A DNA stretch of 64,000 bases, taken from positions 800,001 through 864,000 of the forward strand of contig CAVWLP010000002.1 of the NCBI GenBank assembly GCA_963755915.1, in the 5' to 3' direction. The translations under genes were made by a program, and so were the position numbers. This stretch comes from an uncultured Phycisphaerales bacterium. GTDB lineage: Bacteria; Planctomycetota; Phycisphaerae; Tepidisphaerales; Tepidisphaeraceae. Positions within the stretch are counted from its first letter, which is position 1. The number at the start of each line of letters is the position of its first letter. A model generated the notes under the pieces. The model did no database searches. It saw only the letters and a program-made list of their open reading frames with translations, and was not told where the DNA came from. This document shows, one piece after another, positions 61,048 through 64,000 of this stretch.

Positions 61048-64000
61048 ATGAAAATTTCACGCATTAACCGGGGACTTATTCTTGCGGGGGCCGTGGCCGC
61101 GGCCATGAACTCCATTCAGGCTTTTGCCGGAACCTCCACCAACACAAGCGGACCCGTTCAGCAGGGTCAATCGGATGGGGGGACGGGAAACCCGTCGCTG
61201 AATAACCCGGCCGTCACGATTTCATTTGCAGGCCAAACCGCCCTGCAGAATTTTGACGAATCGCCGGGCATCACCGAACTGGCGCCGGGCACGTCGATCG
61301 TGCTTCATGATGGAACCAACGGTGCGCCGGTAACGTACATCGCGCCCAACAACAACTCCGATTACGTGCAGCTGGCTAATCCGAATTTCGGCACGCCAGA
61401 TACAAGCCCTGGAACTCCAACCGATCCATCGACCTCGACGGAACAGATCGCCTCGGCCATTCGCCTGGAATGGCACTCGGAGGGTTCGATCGATGGCTTT
61501 TACGATCTGATCAATGACGAGATCGGATTCAACCAGACCTCCGGTCCCATCTCCAACGAAGCTTTGCGCACGCCGTCCAGTTCGAATCCGACGTGGATCA
61601 ACACCAACGAATTCACCGCCGGCGGGACGAGCAACGGATTTACGCTCGACAATTCCGCATCCGACGACCTGGCCAACACCTACAGCACGACCGTTTACAA
61701 CCAGGCGACGGGCGTGAATCTGCTCGGCGGTCAAAACCGCGTGCAGTTTTCGGTTGGGGAATATCCGACCGAGGCGTTTGCGGTATCCGGCACCCCCAGT
61801 CCAACCGCCACGCCAGGATCACCCGGTTACGGGCAGGGCAATCCCGCGCTGAAGACGGGGTCAGTGCTTACGAATCTAGGGACGGCCGGTGGACGGCAGC
61901 AGTTTCAATCGTCGTCGATCGCGAACGAATCGACGAGCATCGATGATCCCCAGACGGACGCCGCGTATGCGGCTGGCCCATGGAACACCGCGGGCGCAAA
62001 CAACATCACCAGCACGCCATTCGCCGTGACAGCGGTAACGTATTCCGCCAATCCCGGAACCGGCCTCGAGCGGCTCAATGAAACCGACGCGCAGTGGCTC
62101 CAGACCACCGGCCGCCTGCAAAACGGTGCCCTCTTCAACGTCGTCGCCCGCACCGTCGATACCGGGCAGCGCGTGGTTTTCGCCGCGAATACCGGCGTCG
62201 ATCCCTCATGGGCAGTGGGAAGCAACGACGACGGCAACACGACCAGTTCGGCCGCCGGAAAGGCCCAGGATTCGATCGGGGCGTCGTACCGGTACGACGG
62301 AAAGACCAGCGGTAGTCTTGCCCAGACGACTATCTCGAACGGCCGTATGGCCGTTGGCGCACTGTCCATCCCCGAGGCGCAGAAAGCGACCCAGACCACG
62401 CCGATTCGCGCCTTGGACATCGGCTTCAATTACACCAGCAGCAACGACCCGACTCTCTCCAGTTACGGCAGCGACAACAACGACAGCAACCCTGAATTCG
62501 TGCGGGCGGATTTCAACACGATCGTCAGCAGCAATTCCACCACGCGCTACCAGGCGGTGCTCATCTCGCACTACAACACGGTGAAAACGCCCAACCAAAC
62601 CGCACTCGACGCCGAGCTGACGGCAGAGGACATCGACCCCTCGAACGCGACGCCTGCCCAGCAGTCGGCTGCCTGGGCCGCGATCCCCAGCTTCGATCCC
62701 TCGACGGCGGAGACGGACGGCACACCGTCTTTCCCCGTCTCGGGGATCAAGGGGGACACCACCGGCGACGTCGCCGCCTTCCTCTCCAACATCGTCAACA
62801 GCGTCGGCACGGCCGCCGCGGGGCTCACCCCGACAACCGTCAACAATCCCGCGGACAATCTGTTCCTCAATGGCTATCTGATTCCCGGCTTGCTGGATTA
62901 CACGCGGCAGACCGATGGCGGTCCCATCACGCCGGTCACGCTGTCCCCTGCCTCCCAGACAGAACAAAACGAGGTGGAGGAAAACTATGGAAGCTTGTTC
63001 ACAACCGATGGAACCTACGCCTCCAACAATCAGACCATCGGATCGGCGCCTTACTATGGAGCGGGCAATTCGACCAACACCTTCAATGGCAACATCCCAA
63101 TTACCTCCAAGTCGGTAACCTTCACCGACGGGGTCATCACCTCGTATGCCAACGACACCACCGACGGCGACGTCACTGACGCCGGTGGCAACTATCTCTT
63201 CGGGAACTTCAACCAGAACGGCGTGCGCGATCTATCCGCCGTCGAGCAGGCCAACAACGCGGCTCTTTCGCTCACCCAGGTTGACGTCGTGGAGCATGGC
63301 GGCACCGACGGCGCCTTCACCACCAGCGGAGGCGTGTCCAACAGCACCGTCATCCCCTCCCTCGACAACACCAATGGAACGCCCGGCTGGGCCGCCACCA
63401 ATACGGATACCAAGGGCGACCTGATTGTCCTCGGCGATTACGCCGGCCAGGGGACCTTCAACGGCCAGGACCTCTACCTCCTGGACATCGGCGCATCCCT
63501 CACCAGCGCCGACAGCACCACAGGACTGAACGCGACGGCCGCCACATTCGCCGATGCCGTCCGAGACCCAACCGACATCCTGCGCAAGAATGCCGCCCTG
63601 AATTACACCGAAACCTATCTAACCACGGGTTTTGGCGGCACGAATTACCCAGCGGCTTCCGCCTATCTCCTCAAATCCGCCGCCGCCGTCCTTGAGGCAT
63701 CCAGCGTCCCATTCGGCGCTACCAGTCTCGGCACCGACCCGGTCAACGGGCTCGATGAATTCACGTATGATCCCAACGGCCAATACGCCTTCAATCCCGC
63801 CGACGTTCTCCGCGAAGGAGCCATCGACTTCAACGACGCCGTCGTTGTCGATGCAGACAACGGCGATAGCTACGAAAACCAGACCCAGTCCCTGGCTTCC
63901 ACGGCGCTAACCCCCGTTACCGGCGTGGTCGAACCCATCAATCTGGCCGTGGCTCAGCAGGTCGACGGCGAATCCGCCATCGGCTCCGCCGACGTCGCCG
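61048..64000 (+). CDS. Large secreted protein (over 980 aa), continuing beyond the window
   Basis: ATG 61048, MKISRINRGLILAGAVAAAMNSIQAFA signal peptide; frame appears open to the end and is absent from the ORF track; EF-hand/dockerin-like GNFNQNGVRD and GDYAGQGTFNGQD. Confidence 0.85.
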   Translation, partial: MKISRINRGLILAGAVAAAMNSIQAFAGTSTNTSGPVQQGQSDGGTGNPSLNNPAVTISFAGQTALQNFDESPGITELAPGTSIVLHDGTNGAPVTYIAPNNNSDYVQLANPNFGTPDTSPGTPTDPSTSTEQIASAIRLEWHSEGSIDGFYDLINDEIGFNQTSGPISNEALRTPSSSNPTWINTNEFTAGGTSNGFTLDNSASDDLANTYSTTVYNQATGVNLLGGQNRVQFSVGEYPTEAFAVSGTPSPTATPGSPGYGQGNPALKTGSVLTNLGTAGGRQQFQSSSIANESTSIDDPQTDAAYAAGPWNTAGANNITSTPFAVTAVTYSANPGTGLERLNETDAQWLQTTGRLQNGALFNVVARTVDTGQRVVFAANTGVDPSWAVGSNDDGNTTSSAAGKAQDSIGASYRYDGKTSGSLAQTTISNGRMAVGALSIPEAQKATQTTPIRALDIGFNYTSSNDPTLSSYGSDNNDSNPEFVRADFNTIVSSNSTTRYQAVLISHYNTVKTPNQTALDAELTAEDIDPSNATPAQQSAAWAAIPSFDPSTAETDGTPSFPVSGIKGDTTGDVAAFLSNIVNSVGTAAAGLTPTTVNNPADNLFLNGYLIPGLLDYTRQTDGGPITPVTLSPASQTEQNEVEENYGSLFTTDGTYASNNQTIGSAPYYGAGNSTNTFNGNIPITSKSVTFTDGVITSYANDTTDGDVTDAGGNYLFGNFNQNGVRDLSAVEQANNAALSLTQVDVVEHGGTDGAFTTSGGVSNSTVIPSLDNTNGTPGWAATNTDTKGDLIVLGDYAGQGTFNGQDLYLLDIGASLTSADSTTGLNATAATFADAVRDPTDILRKNAALNYTETYLTTGFGGTNYPAASAYLLKSAAAVLEASSVPFGATSLGTDPVNGLDEFTYDPNGQYAFNPADVLREGAIDFNDAVVVDADNGDSYENQTQSLASTALTPVTGVVEPINLAVAQQVDGESAIGSADVA

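Overview
A GC-rich bacterial window, most likely Planctomycetota and probably Phycisphaerae/Tepidisphaerales. This is inferred from two prepilin-type H-X9-DG proteins, six PEP-CTERM proteins (five with the same dockerin-like C-terminal module) and an HTH-receiver regulator. Layout: (1) 0-6 kb, prepilin and PEP-CTERM genes between two secreted phosphatases; (2) 6-14 kb, housekeeping genes (trxB, NUDIX, leuB-like, two AIM24); (3) 14-21 kb, an accessory patch with a restriction-endonuclease-like gene split by a complete IS21 (6-bp target duplication), followed by an IS4-family element; (4) 21-39.6 kb, mixed genes (DUF899 x2, ppdK, dipeptidase, HDAC, two GT-C glycosyltransferases, sdhA, DinB x2); (5) an abrupt junction near 40.0 kb where sdhC and an SF1 helicase/nuclease are both 5'-truncated head to head; (6) tRNA-Val and an array of four large PEP-CTERM genes; (7) a second prepilin gene followed by a large secreted protein running off the end. 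Many genes at 6-38.6 kb carry single-base indels that look like sequencing or assembly errors. The strongest signal is a family of 23-28 nt hairpin elements that behave as mobile units. One set is nested three deep (A inside B inside A) without target duplication, one copy sits against a visible empty site, a derivative is amplified five times in frame inside IstA, and two copies occupy both arms of an inverted repeat. A second palindrome family lies inside two protein-coding genes. All calls are by eye; no database searches were run.
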